Shown: piece after piece, positions 21,467-31,730 of the stretch
Position numbering within the stretch: the stretch's first letter is position 1
Layout of the letters: each line of letters begins with the position of its first letter
Origin: an uncultured bacterium
GTDB lineage: Bacteria; Bacteroidota; Ignavibacteria; Kapaibacteriales; UBA2268
Reading direction: 5' to 3'
DNA length: 64,000 nucleotides
NCBI GenBank assembly: GCA_942490685.1
Contig: CALNXW010000016.1
Location: 2,341,703 to 2,405,702 of the forward strand
Made by a program: the position numbers and the translations under genes
Notes under the pieces: generated by a model
Told to the model about the DNA's origin: nothing
What the model saw: only the letters and a program-made list of their open reading frames with translations
The model's database searches: none

Positions 21467-22404
21467 TTATTTTGCTAATCTTTTCTTAAAGTCTTCAATT
21501 GTTTTTTTCAGACCTTCAAGTCGATTAACTTTTGGTTCCCATTTCAATATTTCTTTAGCTTTAGTAATATCAGGTTGTCTGACTTTCGGATCATCTGCCG
21601 GAAGATCTTCGAAAATTATCTTACTCTGCGAACCTGTAAGATCCACAATCTCTTCAGCCAGCTGAAGCATAGTAAGCTCATCAGGATTACCAATATTTGT
21701 CGGGTTCACTTCATCAGACATTAACAGACGGAAAATACCTTCTATTAGATCATCTACATAACAGACAGAACGTGTTTGTTTTCCATCTCCATAGACTGTT
21801 ACGTCCTGACCTGAGAAAGCCTGAGTGATGAAATTAGGAATAGCGCGTCCATCTTGCAGTCTCATTCGTGGGCATAAGTATTAAAGATCCTAACGATGCG
21901 AGTTTCCACTCCGTGATATCTGTTATAAGCCATAGTCATAGCTTCTGCAAATCGTTTAGCTTCATCATACACACCACGGAAACCAACCGGATTCACATTT
22001 CCCCAGTAAGTTTCAGGTTGAGGATGAATAAGTGGATCACCATAAGTTTCAGATGTAGACGCCAGTAAGAACCTAGCGTTTTTAGCTTTTGCCAGACCTA
22101 AAGTTTTGTGAGTGCCTAAAGATCCCACCTTAAGTGTTTGGATAGGCAGCTTCAAATAATCTATTGGTGATGCCGGTGAAGCAAAATGTAATATATAATC
22201 CAACTCCCCCGGTACATACACATAATTAGTAACATCATGCTGAATAAATTCAAATTTCGGATTGCCCATTAGATGAGCAATATTGTCAGGAGAACCCGTT
22301 ACAAAGTTATCCATGCAAATAACTTCATCGCCGTTTGCAATAAACTTATCACAAAGGTGTGATCCCAGGAATCCTGCTCCGCCTGTAATTAGAACTCTTG
22401 CCAT
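21467..22404 (-). pseudogene. uxs: UDP-glucuronate decarboxylase (UDP-xylose synthase, NAD-dependent SDR), interrupted by a 1-nt frameshift
   Basis: The N-terminal ORF ([19 protein letters not shown] ... RIFNTYAHE*) and the C-terminal ORF ([13 protein letters not shown]...) together cover a complete UXS-like protein. On the coding strand the junction reads TAT GCC CAC GAA TGA. Inserting one G gives TAT GGC CCA CGA ATG, i.e. the expected ...[13 protein letters not shown]. Confidence 0.75.
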
Positions 22405-22706
22405 TATTTTTATCTTTAGCTTTTTCAAAAGAAACAATCTAACATTTTTTTTGCAATTTTTTAGGCTATCTCTTCTAAATTCTATTGGAATAGAAACTTC
22501 TGAGATTTATTCACAATAATTCAAATATTTTACCCGTTTGTACGAATAATATTTAAGTCCTGTTTAATTGATAATTTATATCCATAACAGATTTGAATAC
22601 ATCCAGTCAGCTCTCCGTATTGCGTAGCTCACAAAATCCGGAAAACGATACAATATTTTTATATAAATAAACAATTGTTTGAATAAATAACGATAAGGGA
22701 TGAATT

Positions 22707-23984
22707 ATGTCACTTTTAAAGAAAAAATTGGAAGAAGTTCTACCTCCTCAAATTGAATCTATTAAGCAGTTTTTGAAAGAAAAAGGCGATCAGGTTGTTT
22801 CTCAAGTTACATTAGCTCAGGTATACGGAGGTATGAGAGGCGTTAAAGCATTGGTTTGTGACACTTCTGAAGTGCCACCTGAAAAAGGTCTAATTATAAG
22901 AGGCATTGAATTAAAAGATTTGGAAGATAAACTGCCGGAAGAGATTTATTGGTTATTACTTACAGGAAGTCTGCCAAATAAAGAAGAACTAAAAGACTTG
23001 CAGCAAGATTTAGCAAGCAGAATGGATGTGCCTGATTATGTATGGAAAGTATTAGATAATATGCCAAATGATTCTCATCCGATGGCTATGTTTAATACTG
23101 CAATTTTGGTCATGCAAAATGAATCTAAATTTGCAAAAGCATACAACGTTGGTATAGCAAAAACTGAATATTGGAAGCCAACATTAGAAGATGCTCTTGA
23201 TATTATTGCCAAATTACCGAATATTGCTGCCTATGTTTACCGTAAAAGATTTAATAAAGGCGAAAGAATCGAAGGTGATAAATCTTTAGATTGGTCAGGT
23301 AATTATGTTAAAATGCTCGGATTAGGAACAGGCAAAGGTGAATTTTCTCAGCTTATGAGACTGTATCTTACTCTCCATTCGGATCACGAAGGTGGTAACG
23401 TAAGTGCTAATACTTCTGCGACTATTAACTCTGCTCTCTCTGATTTATATTATTCTCTATCCGGTGGATTAAATGGTCTTTCAGGTCCACTGCACGGATT
23501 AGCAAATCAAGAATGCCTAAAATGGGTTCTTGAAACTATGAACAGATTCGGCGGTACTCCAACTGAAAAAGAACTTGAAGAATTTGCTTGGGATACACTT
23601 AATTCCGGCAAAGTAATTCCTGGTTATGGTCATGCTGTGCTTAGAATCACTGACCCAAGATTTGCAGCATTTTTGCGCTTCGGGCAGAAACACATGAGCG
23701 ATGATCCTGTATTTGCTACAGTTGAAAGAGTCTTCAATGTAGTACCTGAAGTCCTTAAACAAGTTAAGAAAATAAAAGACCCTTGGCCAAATGTGGATGC
23801 CGGTTCCGGTGCTTTGCTTTACCATTACGGTCTAAAAGAATTTTCTTATTATACTGTTCTATTCAGTGTATCAAGAGCGCTAGGTATCACAGCACAGGCT
23901 GTAATAAGCAGAGCTTATGGTTTACCTATTACAAGACCTAAGTCGCTTCCTACAGGAAAATACAAAACACTTCTTGACAAATAA
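22707..23984 (+). CDS. gltA: Citrate synthase
   Basis: 425 aa. Signature GYGHAVLRITDPRF, with full-length similarity to citrate synthases. Confidence 0.9.
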   Translation: MSLLKKKLEEVLPPQIESIKQFLKEKGDQVVSQVTLAQVYGGMRGVKALVCDTSEVPPEKGLIIRGIELKDLEDKLPEEIYWLLLTGSLPNKEELKDLQQDLASRMDVPDYVWKVLDNMPNDSHPMAMFNTAILVMQNESKFAKAYNVGIAKTEYWKPTLEDALDIIAKLPNIAAYVYRKRFNKGERIEGDKSLDWSGNYVKMLGLGTGKGEFSQLMRLYLTLHSDHEGGNVSANTSATINSALSDLYYSLSGGLNGLSGPLHGLANQECLKWVLETMNRFGGTPTEKELEEFAWDTLNSGKVIPGYGHAVLRITDPRFAAFLRFGQKHMSDDPVFATVERVFNVVPEVLKQVKKIKDPWPNVDAGSGALLYHYGLKEFSYYTVLFSVSRALGITAQAVISRAYGLPITRPKSLPTGKYKTLLDK

Positions 23985-24110
23985 TTAACAGTAATACATA
24001 CTATCGATTCTATTAATTTATGATAGCTAATATTATTCAATTATCTTAAAAGTCAAGAATATATGCTACTAATAACTCAATAAATTACTATTTTGATAGT
24101 CCTTAGATAT

Positions 24111-24134
24111 GCTTGGGGTGTCAGAACCCCAAGC
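24111..24134 (+). promoter_or_regulatory. Stable hairpin in the gltA-mdh intergenic region (possible attenuator or partial terminator)
   Basis: GCTTGGGGT-gtcaga-ACCCCAAGC is a perfect 9-bp stem 33 nt upstream of the mdh start. No U-tract follows. Confidence 0.3.
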
Positions 24135-24167
24135 TATACTGAACTATAATTATAAGGGGATCTTTTT

Positions 24168-25103
24168 ATGAAAATTACTGTAATAGGCGGAGGACACGTA
24201 GGTGCAACTTGTGCTCAATTGATTGCAAATGATGAATTAGCTAATGAAGTAATTCTTGTGGATATTATTGATGGTGTACCACAAGGAAAATCTTTAGATA
24301 TGTATGAATCAATGCCAATTCGCGAATCAGATACAAAAATCATCGGTACTAACGAATACGATCTTACTAAAGATTCGGATATCGTTATCATCACTGCAGG
24401 TTTAGCAAGAAAACCAGGCATGACTCGCGATGATTTGTTGAAAAAAAATGCGGCAATTGTTTCATCATGTGCTGAAAATGCTTTTAAATTTTCGCCTGAC
24501 GCTTACTACATCATAGTATCTAATCCATTAGATGTGATGACTTACGTAGCATTGAAAAAACTCGGAATTGCAAGAGAAAGAGTAATTGGCATGGCAGGCA
24601 TTCTTGACACTGCTCGCTACCGTAGCTTTATCTCTATGGAATTGGGTGTTTCTATGCAGGATATTCAAGCTTTAATTTTAGGCGGTCATGGAGACACAAT
24701 GGTTCCACTACCTCGTTTTACTACTATTGCAGGTATCCCTTTGACAGATATGATGGACAAAGAAACTATCGACTCTATAGTAGCCAGAGCTGCAGGCGGT
24801 GGCGGAGAAATTGTGAAGTACCTTAAAACTGGTTCTGCATACTATGCTCCTGCTTCAGCTGCTGTTCAAATGGTAGAAGCTATCGTTAAAGATCAAAAGC
24901 GCATCTTACCTTGCTCTGTTCTATTGAAAGGTGAATACGGATATAACGATGTAGTTATCGGTGTTCCTGTTCAGCTTGGAAAAGGCGGATGTGAAAAAAT
25001 CATCGAGCTTAATTTGAATGATGATGAAAAAGCATTGCTTGATAAATCAGCTACTCACGTAGAGCAAACTATCAAAGAAGCAACTGAAATGTTAGGTCTT
25101 TAA
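24168..25103 (+). CDS. mdh: Malate dehydrogenase (LDH-like MDH family)
   Basis: 311 aa. N-terminal Rossmann MKITVIGGGHVGATCA. IVSNPLDVMTYVA matches the LDH/MDH family. Confidence 0.9.
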   Translation: MKITVIGGGHVGATCAQLIANDELANEVILVDIIDGVPQGKSLDMYESMPIRESDTKIIGTNEYDLTKDSDIVIITAGLARKPGMTRDDLLKKNAAIVSSCAENAFKFSPDAYYIIVSNPLDVMTYVALKKLGIARERVIGMAGILDTARYRSFISMELGVSMQDIQALILGGHGDTMVPLPRFTTIAGIPLTDMMDKETIDSIVARAAGGGGEIVKYLKTGSAYYAPASAAVQMVEAIVKDQKRILPCSVLLKGEYGYNDVVIGVPVQLGKGGCEKIIELNLNDDEKALLDKSATHVEQTIKEATEMLGL

Positions 25104-25137
25104 TATTACCTAGATTAAGATAAATATATACGTAAAT

Positions 25138-25170
25138 AAACCCCGCTTGGATCTAATCTGAGCGGGGTTT
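25138..25170. terminator. Bidirectional rho-independent terminator
   Basis: AAACCCCGCT-tggatctaatctg-AGCGGGGTTT, a 10-bp perfect stem between convergent mdh and T9SS-paralog copy 1. Confidence 0.7.
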
Positions 25171-25203
25171 ACTATATATATTTCATTGTCACATTTTAGA
25201 TTC

Positions 25204-26562
25204 CTATTCTACAGCGAAACCAAACATCCTTTTCTCCAATTCATTATCTACAACTAAATAATAGATACCTGTTTTCAGGCTGATTGTATTTATTCTTTTA
25301 GTTGCAAATCCGGAGTTTGGATCATATTCAATATCGTCATCAAGATTCTTTATTAGCTGCCCCATGTAGTTATATATTTTAAAATCTACACTAGCTCTAG
25401 TGCTGGGCTTTAAATAAAACTTTACATTAGTGTAAGTTTTTGCAGGGTTAGGATATACTTTTATTGGTACTATTGAGGGGAAAGCCTCAACTGAATTTCC
25501 ATTTGGAATATATTCAACCACTTTGGAATAAGTTTGCCCATTTTCTTCAAAAATTCCGGAAAGCCAAGTGCTGTTTCTTCCGGAGTTTTGGACTCTGTAC
25601 ACGACTTTGAACCCTTCATGCTCCAGATGTTCGTAGTTATAACTATCTATCCGCTTGTATTTTACGATACCTTTTTTAAGAGTATAAATTGAAACATAAA
25701 TATTACCTTCACCATCAAAAGTTGCATCAGGTTCTAACAAATATTTGCCGTCAGAAATTACTACATCAGGGTGATATTCTAATAAGCTGGTTTTAGATAA
25801 ATCTATTACTTCAAAATCGTGTGTGATCAAATTAAATATCGCTATTCTTTGTTGAGGTCCAATAAACAGTAATGTATCTCCGCTAATGCGAAGTCTTCTT
25901 GTTGCTAACCATGTCAAATTATTAGCGCCGATTATAGAATCAACATCAATCGTCCATCTTTCCTGATCGGAGTAATAATAGATCTTCTGTTCTGCATGAC
26001 CCAAGTAGAGAAATCCTTGATCATAAGGAAGAAAATTAGCCGGTCCGAGATTCCATTTATGGATGTGTACAGAATCTAAAGGTAAAGAGTCTAATTTCAA
26101 AGTTCGATCATCAAAAGTATAAATATTTCCCCAGAATCCGCTGAACCAAAACTTATGATTATTATAACCGGTTGTATTTTTAAAATCAAATTTTGAAGAT
26201 ATTTGTAATGCATTATAAACAATAGTAGTATCATCATTAAAAAAGCAAAAGTAAGAACTGTCTTTTGTACCAAAAGAAGTCATCTTGATATTTTCGCCGA
26301 AATGAGTAAACTCTGGGATAATATACTCAATCTCATATTTTTTTTCAGATGTTTCGAAAGTATCAATAATTTCCCAAGTTCTGTTTTGCTCGTCTACTAC
26401 AGCAAAATCATTTCGTCCAAAGAAATACAACTGTCCTGAAGAATCTATTAAAGCTTTCCAAAACTCAAATCCATCTCTAAACTCATAAGGTTCATCGTAA
26501 TGTTGTGAGAATATGGAAGTGTATCCTAAGAACATAAAAAACAAAAGTAGTATAGATTTCAT
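25204..26562 (-). CDS. T9SS-CTD secreted protein, family copy 1
   Basis: The real start is likely MKSILLLFFMFLGYTSIFSQ (signal peptide); the ORF track over-extends to 26640. The C-terminal ~80 aa is a Por/T9SS sorting domain (VYPNPAKTYTNVKF...TGIYYLVVDNELEKRMFGFAVE). It is >98% aa-identical to copy 2. Confidence 0.7.
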   Translation of the reverse strand: MKSILLLFFMFLGYTSIFSQHYDEPYEFRDGFEFWKALIDSSGQLYFFGRNDFAVVDEQNRTWEIIDTFETSEKKYEIEYIIPEFTHFGENIKMTSFGTKDSSYFCFFNDDTTIVYNALQISSKFDFKNTTGYNNHKFWFSGFWGNIYTFDDRTLKLDSLPLDSVHIHKWNLGPANFLPYDQGFLYLGHAEQKIYYYSDQERWTIDVDSIIGANNLTWLATRRLRISGDTLLFIGPQQRIAIFNLITHDFEVIDLSKTSLLEYHPDVVISDGKYLLEPDATFDGEGNIYVSIYTLKKGIVKYKRIDSYNYEHLEHEGFKVVYRVQNSGRNSTWLSGIFEENGQTYSKVVEYIPNGNSVEAFPSIVPIKVYPNPAKTYTNVKFYLKPSTRASVDFKIYNYMGQLIKNLDDDIEYDPNSGFATKRINTISLKTGIYYLVVDNELEKRMFGFAVE

Positions 26563-26644
26563 AATATCTTTTTTTAGTATATGAGTATAAATAATTAAAT
26601 AATAACCGAATACATTCCAAATAGTTACATATAACCCCAAAAAA

Positions 26645-26673
26645 ACACCCAGGTTGAAAAAACTGTGGGTGTT
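26645..26673 (-). terminator. Terminator hairpin repeated behind each T9SS paralog unit
   Basis: ACACCCAGG-ttgaaaaaa-CTGTGGGTGT. On the minus strand it is followed by a T-run. It recurs at ~31668-31696 and ~33167-33195 as part of the repeated unit. Confidence 0.5.
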
Positions 26674-26703
26674 TAATTAGGGAATTGTTCTCATTTTAGA
26701 TTT

Positions 26704-28062
26704 CTACTCTACAGCGAAACCAAACATCCTTTTCTCCACTTCATTATCTACAACTAAATAATAGATACCTGTTTTCAGGCTGATTGTATTTATTCTTTTA
26801 GTTGCAAATCCGGAGTTTGGATCATATTCAATATCGTCATCAAGATTCTTTATAAGCTGCCCCATGTAGTTATATATTGTAAAATCTACACTAGCTCTAG
26901 TGCTGGGCTTTAAATAAAACTTGACATTAGTGTATGTTTTTGCTGGGTTAGGAAATACTTTTATTGGTACTATTGAGGGGAAAGCCTCAACTGAATTTCC
27001 ATTTGGAATATATTCAACCACTTTGGAATAAGTTTGCCCATTTTCTTCAAAAATTCCGGAAAGCCAAGTGCTGTTTCTTCCGGAGTTTTGGACTCTGTAC
27101 ACGACTTTGAACCCTTCATGCTCCAGATGTTCGTAGTTATAACTATCTATCCGCTTGTATTTTACGATACCTTTTTTAAGAGTATAAATTGAAACATAAA
27201 TATTACCTTCACCATCAAAAGTTGCATCAGGTTCTAACAAATATTTGCCGTCAGAAATTACAACATCAGGGTGATATTCTATTAAGCTGGTTTTAGATAA
27301 ATCTATTACTTCAAAATCGTGTGTGATCAAATTAAATATCGCTATTCTTTGTTGAGGTCCAATAAACAGTAATGTATCTCCGCTAATGCGAAGTCTTCTT
27401 GTTGCTAACCATGTCAAATTATTAGCGTCGATGATAGAATCAACATCAATCGTCCATCTTTCCTGATCGGAGTAATAGTATATCTTCTGTTCTGCATGAC
27501 CCAAGTAGAGAAATCCTTGATCATAAGGAAGAAAATTAGCCGGTCCGAGATTCCATTTATGGATGTGTACAGAATCTAAAGGTAAAGAGTCTAATTTCAA
27601 AGTTCGATCATCAAAAGTATAAATATTTCCCCAGAATCCGCTGAACCAAAACTTATGATTATTATAACCGGTTGTATTTTTAAAATCAAATTTTGAAGAT
27701 ATTTGTAATGCATTATAAACAATAGTAGTATCATCATTAAAAAAGCAAAAGTAAGAACTGTCTTTTGTACCAAAAGAAGTCATCTTGATATTTTCGCCGA
27801 AATGAGTAAACTCTGGGATAATATACTCAATCTCATATTTTTTTTCAGATGTTTCGAAAGTATCAATAATTTCCCAAGTTCTGTTTTGCTCGTCTACTAC
27901 AGCAAAATCATTTCGTCCAAAGAAATACAACTGTCCTGAAGAATCTATTAAAGCTTTCCAAAACTCAAATCCATCTCTAAACTCATAAGGTTCATCGTAA
28001 TGTTGTGAGAATATGGAAGTGTATCCTAAGAACATAAAAAACAAAAGTAGTATAGATTTCAT
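26704..28062 (-). CDS. T9SS-CTD secreted protein, family copy 2
   Basis: Differs from copy 1 at about five residues. The ORF-track extension to 28110 runs into the IS30 end. Confidence 0.7.
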   Translation of the reverse strand: MKSILLLFFMFLGYTSIFSQHYDEPYEFRDGFEFWKALIDSSGQLYFFGRNDFAVVDEQNRTWEIIDTFETSEKKYEIEYIIPEFTHFGENIKMTSFGTKDSSYFCFFNDDTTIVYNALQISSKFDFKNTTGYNNHKFWFSGFWGNIYTFDDRTLKLDSLPLDSVHIHKWNLGPANFLPYDQGFLYLGHAEQKIYYYSDQERWTIDVDSIIDANNLTWLATRRLRISGDTLLFIGPQQRIAIFNLITHDFEVIDLSKTSLIEYHPDVVISDGKYLLEPDATFDGEGNIYVSIYTLKKGIVKYKRIDSYNYEHLEHEGFKVVYRVQNSGRNSTWLSGIFEENGQTYSKVVEYIPNGNSVEAFPSIVPIKVFPNPAKTYTNVKFYLKPSTRASVDFTIYNYMGQLIKNLDDDIEYDPNSGFATKRINTISLKTGIYYLVVDNEVEKRMFGFAVE

Positions 28063-28083
28063 AATATCTTTTTTTAGTATATG

Positions 28084-29222
28084 GCCACATTCAACCAATA
28101 AATGCAACAAAGTTTAAAATAATAAATTTTTCTTTCTTGTAATAGGATTATCGAAATCAAGTCTCTTTCTTGGTCTGTTATTAAGTATGTTCTGCACGAA
28201 GCTCACAAATTTATCTTCCAGTAAAGTAAAGTCCGTTTTCTTAGGTATATATTGTCTTATAAGCCCGTTTAGATTCTCATTTGCACCTCTCTGCCACGGC
28301 TTATACGGATGAGCAAAGTAGAAATCAACTCCTAATATTTCTGCAATTAAAGAGTGATAAGCGAACTCTTTTCCATTATCTGCTGTAATAGTATGAATAT
28401 TGTCTCTTTCGTCGTAAAGTAGCTCTATAGTAGCATTTACGATATCTTCGGCACTTCTGCTTTTTGTTTTTTTCATCCACAGCATCCCGGAAGCCCGGTC
28501 GTTTATAGTTACTATTGCCCCCTTATGATTCTTGCCTATAATTGTGTCTATTTCTAAATCTCCAAATCGTTTTCTTTCCTCCACTATAGTCGGTCTTTCG
28601 TCAATATCACGTCGATTTACTATTGTCCCCCGACTTTTGTATTGGCTGCCACGTTTTTGATACCTCCTGCCTTTACGGCGAAGATGCAAGTGCAAATCCT
28701 GACCGTTTGCTTTGCATTTCCAAATATGCTGATATATACTTTCGTGAGAAACGCAAGGGATATCGTTCTTTCGGCAGAATCCAACTATTTGCTCAGGACT
28801 GTAATCCAGCTCCAGATAATACCTAATTGTCGCTTTTACAGAATCTGTCATATACGTACGCTTGTGTTTCCATTTCTGCCGAGTTTCGTAGTACTTTTGT
28901 GCATTTTTGCTGCTATAAATACCTGTACGCTCGTTAGTATTACGTTTTATTTCCCTGATGACAACTGATTTGTCTTTGCCAATCGTCTCAGCTATGTAAG
29001 TAATTGATTTTCCTTTTGCTAACAAGCATTCTATTGTATATCTTTGTTCTCTGGTGATATGTGCCATTGCAACCCTCTTGTTTGGACGCTGGAAGGAAAA
29101 AATGCGCATATTTTCCATCAAAACACGGAAGGCAGATTTTTTCTGCTTTCCTGTTTTGAAAAATTTATGCTTTTCTTCTATAACGTCTCATCTAAGTGTT
29201 GCATTTATTACTTGAATTTAGA
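28084..29222 (-). mobile_element. IS30-family insertion sequence (~1.14 kb)
   Basis: Single transposase ORF. Imperfect terminal inverted repeats: ATTCAACCAATAAATGCAAC on the left, ATTCAAGTAATAAATGCAAC on the right (reverse complement). A candidate 3-bp target-site duplication ATG sits at 28081-28083 and 29223-29225. The uninterrupted target sequence is visible in the copy-1 leader (tatATGagtataaat). Boundaries are accurate to about 5 bp. Confidence 0.7.
28114..29121 (-). CDS. IS30-family DDE transposase
   Basis: N-terminal HTH (MAHITREQRYTIECLLAKGKSITYIAETIG) followed by an rve/DDE catalytic domain (LEIDTIIGKNHKGAIVTINDRASG...). Confidence 0.85.
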   Translation of the reverse strand: MMENMRIFSFQRPNKRVAMAHITREQRYTIECLLAKGKSITYIAETIGKDKSVVIREIKRNTNERTGIYSSKNAQKYYETRQKWKHKRTYMTDSVKATIRYYLELDYSPEQIVGFCRKNDIPCVSHESIYQHIWKCKANGQDLHLHLRRKGRRYQKRGSQYKSRGTIVNRRDIDERPTIVEERKRFGDLEIDTIIGKNHKGAIVTINDRASGMLWMKKTKSRSAEDIVNATIELLYDERDNIHTITADNGKEFAYHSLIAEILGVDFYFAHPYKPWQRGANENLNGLIRQYIPKKTDFTLLEDKFVSFVQNILNNRPRKRLDFDNPITRKKNLLF

Positions 29223-29316
29223 ATGAGTATAAATAATTAAATAATAACCGAATACTGTTCTTTCCCTCTGAAAATTGACCCGTTTTTGTCAGCAAAATTG
29301 ACCCACCCCAATATAA

Positions 29317-30069
29317 TTATTTATTTATAATATCCTTCACTCTAAAACTTTTTCCATTGATAAAAAACGGATAGCAGTGATGCAAAAGTCTGTCTAAAAT
29401 GGCAGATGCGACCACGTCATCCTGGAATATATCACCCCATTTGTCAAAGGACTTGTTCGATGTAATAATCGTAGATTTTCGTTCGTATCTTGCAGCAATC
29501 AGCCTGAAGAAAAATGATGCAGTTTTCTTTGTAAGCTCAAGATAGCCGAGTTCGTCGATTATAAGCAGATCAAGCCGGTCTAATGTGTTTAGCAGTCTTT
29601 GCAGTTGACCAATCATTTCTGCTTCGGCAAAAGCTTTCATTAGCTGCTCTGTTGTGTAAAATGCAACTCTTTTTCTCTGCTGACAGGCTTTAATCCCAAT
29701 GGATATGGCAAGATGCGTTTTGCCAACACCCGGAGGTTCGAGAAAGATAATATTTTTTGCCTCATCCATAAATTGCAGTTGCGTGAGTTCTCTCAAAAGC
29801 TTTTCGTCAATCTTTGGTTGAAAAGAAAAATCAAAGCTCTCAAAATGCTTTATTTGAGGGAATCCGGCTGTTTGTACTCTTCTGTTGATAGAGCGGTCAA
29901 GCTTCGAGATTACTTCTTCCTGCATGATTTTAAAGAGAAATTCTGCATAACTAAGCTTGGCTTTAGCTGCATTTTCCACCTCTAACTTATAATTCTGTCT
30001 AATCCAAGGCAGAGTCAGCGTTTTAAGATATTCATCTAATTTGTCGTGGGTCTGCATTTTAACCTCCAA
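29317..30069 (-). CDS. istB: IS21-family helper ATPase IstB
   Basis: Walker A PPGVGKTHLAISIG, a DnaA/DnaC-like AAA+ fold. It overlaps the istA stop. Confidence 0.9.
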   Translation of the reverse strand: MEVKMQTHDKLDEYLKTLTLPWIRQNYKLEVENAAKAKLSYAEFLFKIMQEEVISKLDRSINRRVQTAGFPQIKHFESFDFSFQPKIDEKLLRELTQLQFMDEAKNIIFLEPPGVGKTHLAISIGIKACQQRKRVAFYTTEQLMKAFAEAEMIGQLQRLLNTLDRLDLLIIDELGYLELTKKTASFFFRLIAARYERKSTIITSNKSFDKWGDIFQDDVVASAILDRLLHHCYPFFINGKSFRVKDIINK

Positions 30070-31528
30070 AATGATTGTTGTAATAATCCAGATTTCGCAC
30101 GATATTGACTTCTTCTATTGTTTTGTTTATCATGGTTTCTATGCGTACAGGCTCTACTGGAGCATCTTTAGCATTATTCTCTACATAAGCTCTTACAAAC
30201 TTTGAGTTAAAGATGTTATAATCACGGCATTTAAGAAAAGCTGCTTCCATATCTTTATGCTCAAAATACATAGCTGTATCCATGATTCTTGTAAGGTGAT
30301 ATGCAGGATTTATTCTCTTTTGTGCATATAGTTTGTCCAAAAACCAGGCAAAATCAGGGAATTTCTTGCTAAAACTCATAGACAAACGTTTCCAACTTCC
30401 TTTTTCTATGCTGTGATTCTTATAGTGAGAGTCCAGCATGATAATTTTACCTTTCTCTAAACTGAGCTTGTGACGGGCTATGAGCTTGCTTTTTGTTGAA
30501 TATACTTCGATATAGCTGCCTTTAGAGACTTTGACCCAAACCTGCTTGCCAACAAATAAATATGGCACGCTGTATCGGCTTCCCATAAATGAAATCAGGC
30601 AGTCTGCACTTACTTTGCGAACTTCTTCTTTGACGCTTACATAGCGTGATTCCGGCAGAATTGATAAGTATTCTTTCTCTTTTGCAAAAAGCTCGATAGG
30701 TTTTGCTTTTGTTGTCGAATGCACTCTGGAATTGACTTTATCCTGAAAATCCTTTAGTTTTTGGCAGAAATCTTCGAAGGATTCATATTCATTGCCTTTG
30801 ATAAAATGATCTTCGAGGTATGCAAAAGGGCGTTCTACCTTGCCTTTTGACCAAGGATGTGCAGGTAGAGAGCGAGTTGGCTTAAAGCCGTAATGTCCGC
30901 AAAATGCCAAATATCGCTTATTCCATTGGAAGTTATCCTTTGAGGCATTTGTTACAAAGCTTGTTGCGTTGTCTGTTTGAATTTGCTCACAAACGCCACC
31001 GGATTCGATGATGGAATTTTCCAACGCTTCCAATATACTCGCCATAGTATCACTGAGAGCCGCTTCCAACACACGATGCCGACTGAAACCATGGATATAC
31101 TGATATACATATAATTTGACTAACTTACCGCCAATCATTACTGTATAAGGACTCCAGTCATATTGTGCCTGAAAGCCGGGAGACGTTTCGTAAGGCTTGA
31201 ATGATGGCTTTTCTTGCGCTGACATCTTCTCACAATACCTGTAAAAAGCACTTTGAGAGCCGGTATAGCCTTTTGCTCGAATATCAGCTAATACTCTGCT
31301 TTTACGAAGTCTTTTCTTATTTAAACTCTCAGAAATGTATTCCTCAAACGGCATCAGAAAAGGATTTGCACTGCACTCGCGCGTATATTGTGGAGCAGAA
31401 TCCTTCTTTAGAGCTGATTTAACCGTATTGCGACTAACATTAAGCAGCTTAGCAATCTTGCGTGTACCCAAATCAGGGTTATGATTTTTCAAATTTCGGA
31501 TAGTTACCCAATCTTCCACTGTTATCAC
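30059..31528 (-). CDS. istA: IS21-family transposase IstA
   Basis: 489 aa. N-terminal HTH plus a DDE integrase core, with the typical istA-istB overlap. Confidence 0.9.
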   Translation of the reverse strand: MITVEDWVTIRNLKNHNPDLGTRKIAKLLNVSRNTVKSALKKDSAPQYTRECSANPFLMPFEEYISESLNKKRLRKSRVLADIRAKGYTGSQSAFYRYCEKMSAQEKPSFKPYETSPGFQAQYDWSPYTVMIGGKLVKLYVYQYIHGFSRHRVLEAALSDTMASILEALENSIIESGGVCEQIQTDNATSFVTNASKDNFQWNKRYLAFCGHYGFKPTRSLPAHPWSKGKVERPFAYLEDHFIKGNEYESFEDFCQKLKDFQDKVNSRVHSTTKAKPIELFAKEKEYLSILPESRYVSVKEEVRKVSADCLISFMGSRYSVPYLFVGKQVWVKVSKGSYIEVYSTKSKLIARHKLSLEKGKIIMLDSHYKNHSIEKGSWKRLSMSFSKKFPDFAWFLDKLYAQKRINPAYHLTRIMDTAMYFEHKDMEAAFLKCRDYNIFNSKFVRAYVENNAKDAPVEPVRIETMINKTIEEVNIVRNLDYYNNHFGG

Positions 31529-31730
31529 CTATTTCCCTCCTGCATTTGAAGTCAATCTTATGCAGGATTAGTTAGCAAATGGTGGGTCAATTTTCAGCGG
31601 GAAAAGTGGGTCAATTTTCGGAGGGAATTGAGAAATACATTCCAAATAGTTACATATAACACCCAAAAAAAACACCCAGGTTGAAAAAACTGTGGGTGTT
31701 TAATTAGGGAATTGTTCTCAATTTAGATTC

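Larger units (their letters stand above)
29256..31633 (-). mobile_element. IS21-family insertion sequence, copy A (istA-istB, intact)
   Basis: 2378 bp. Reiterated terminal repeats GGGTCAATTTTC at both ends. A 5-bp direct duplication AATAC lies at 29251-29255 and 31634-31638. It is inserted into the leader of a T9SS paralog unit; the unbroken target ccgAATACattcc is visible at 26608-26619. Confidence 0.85.
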
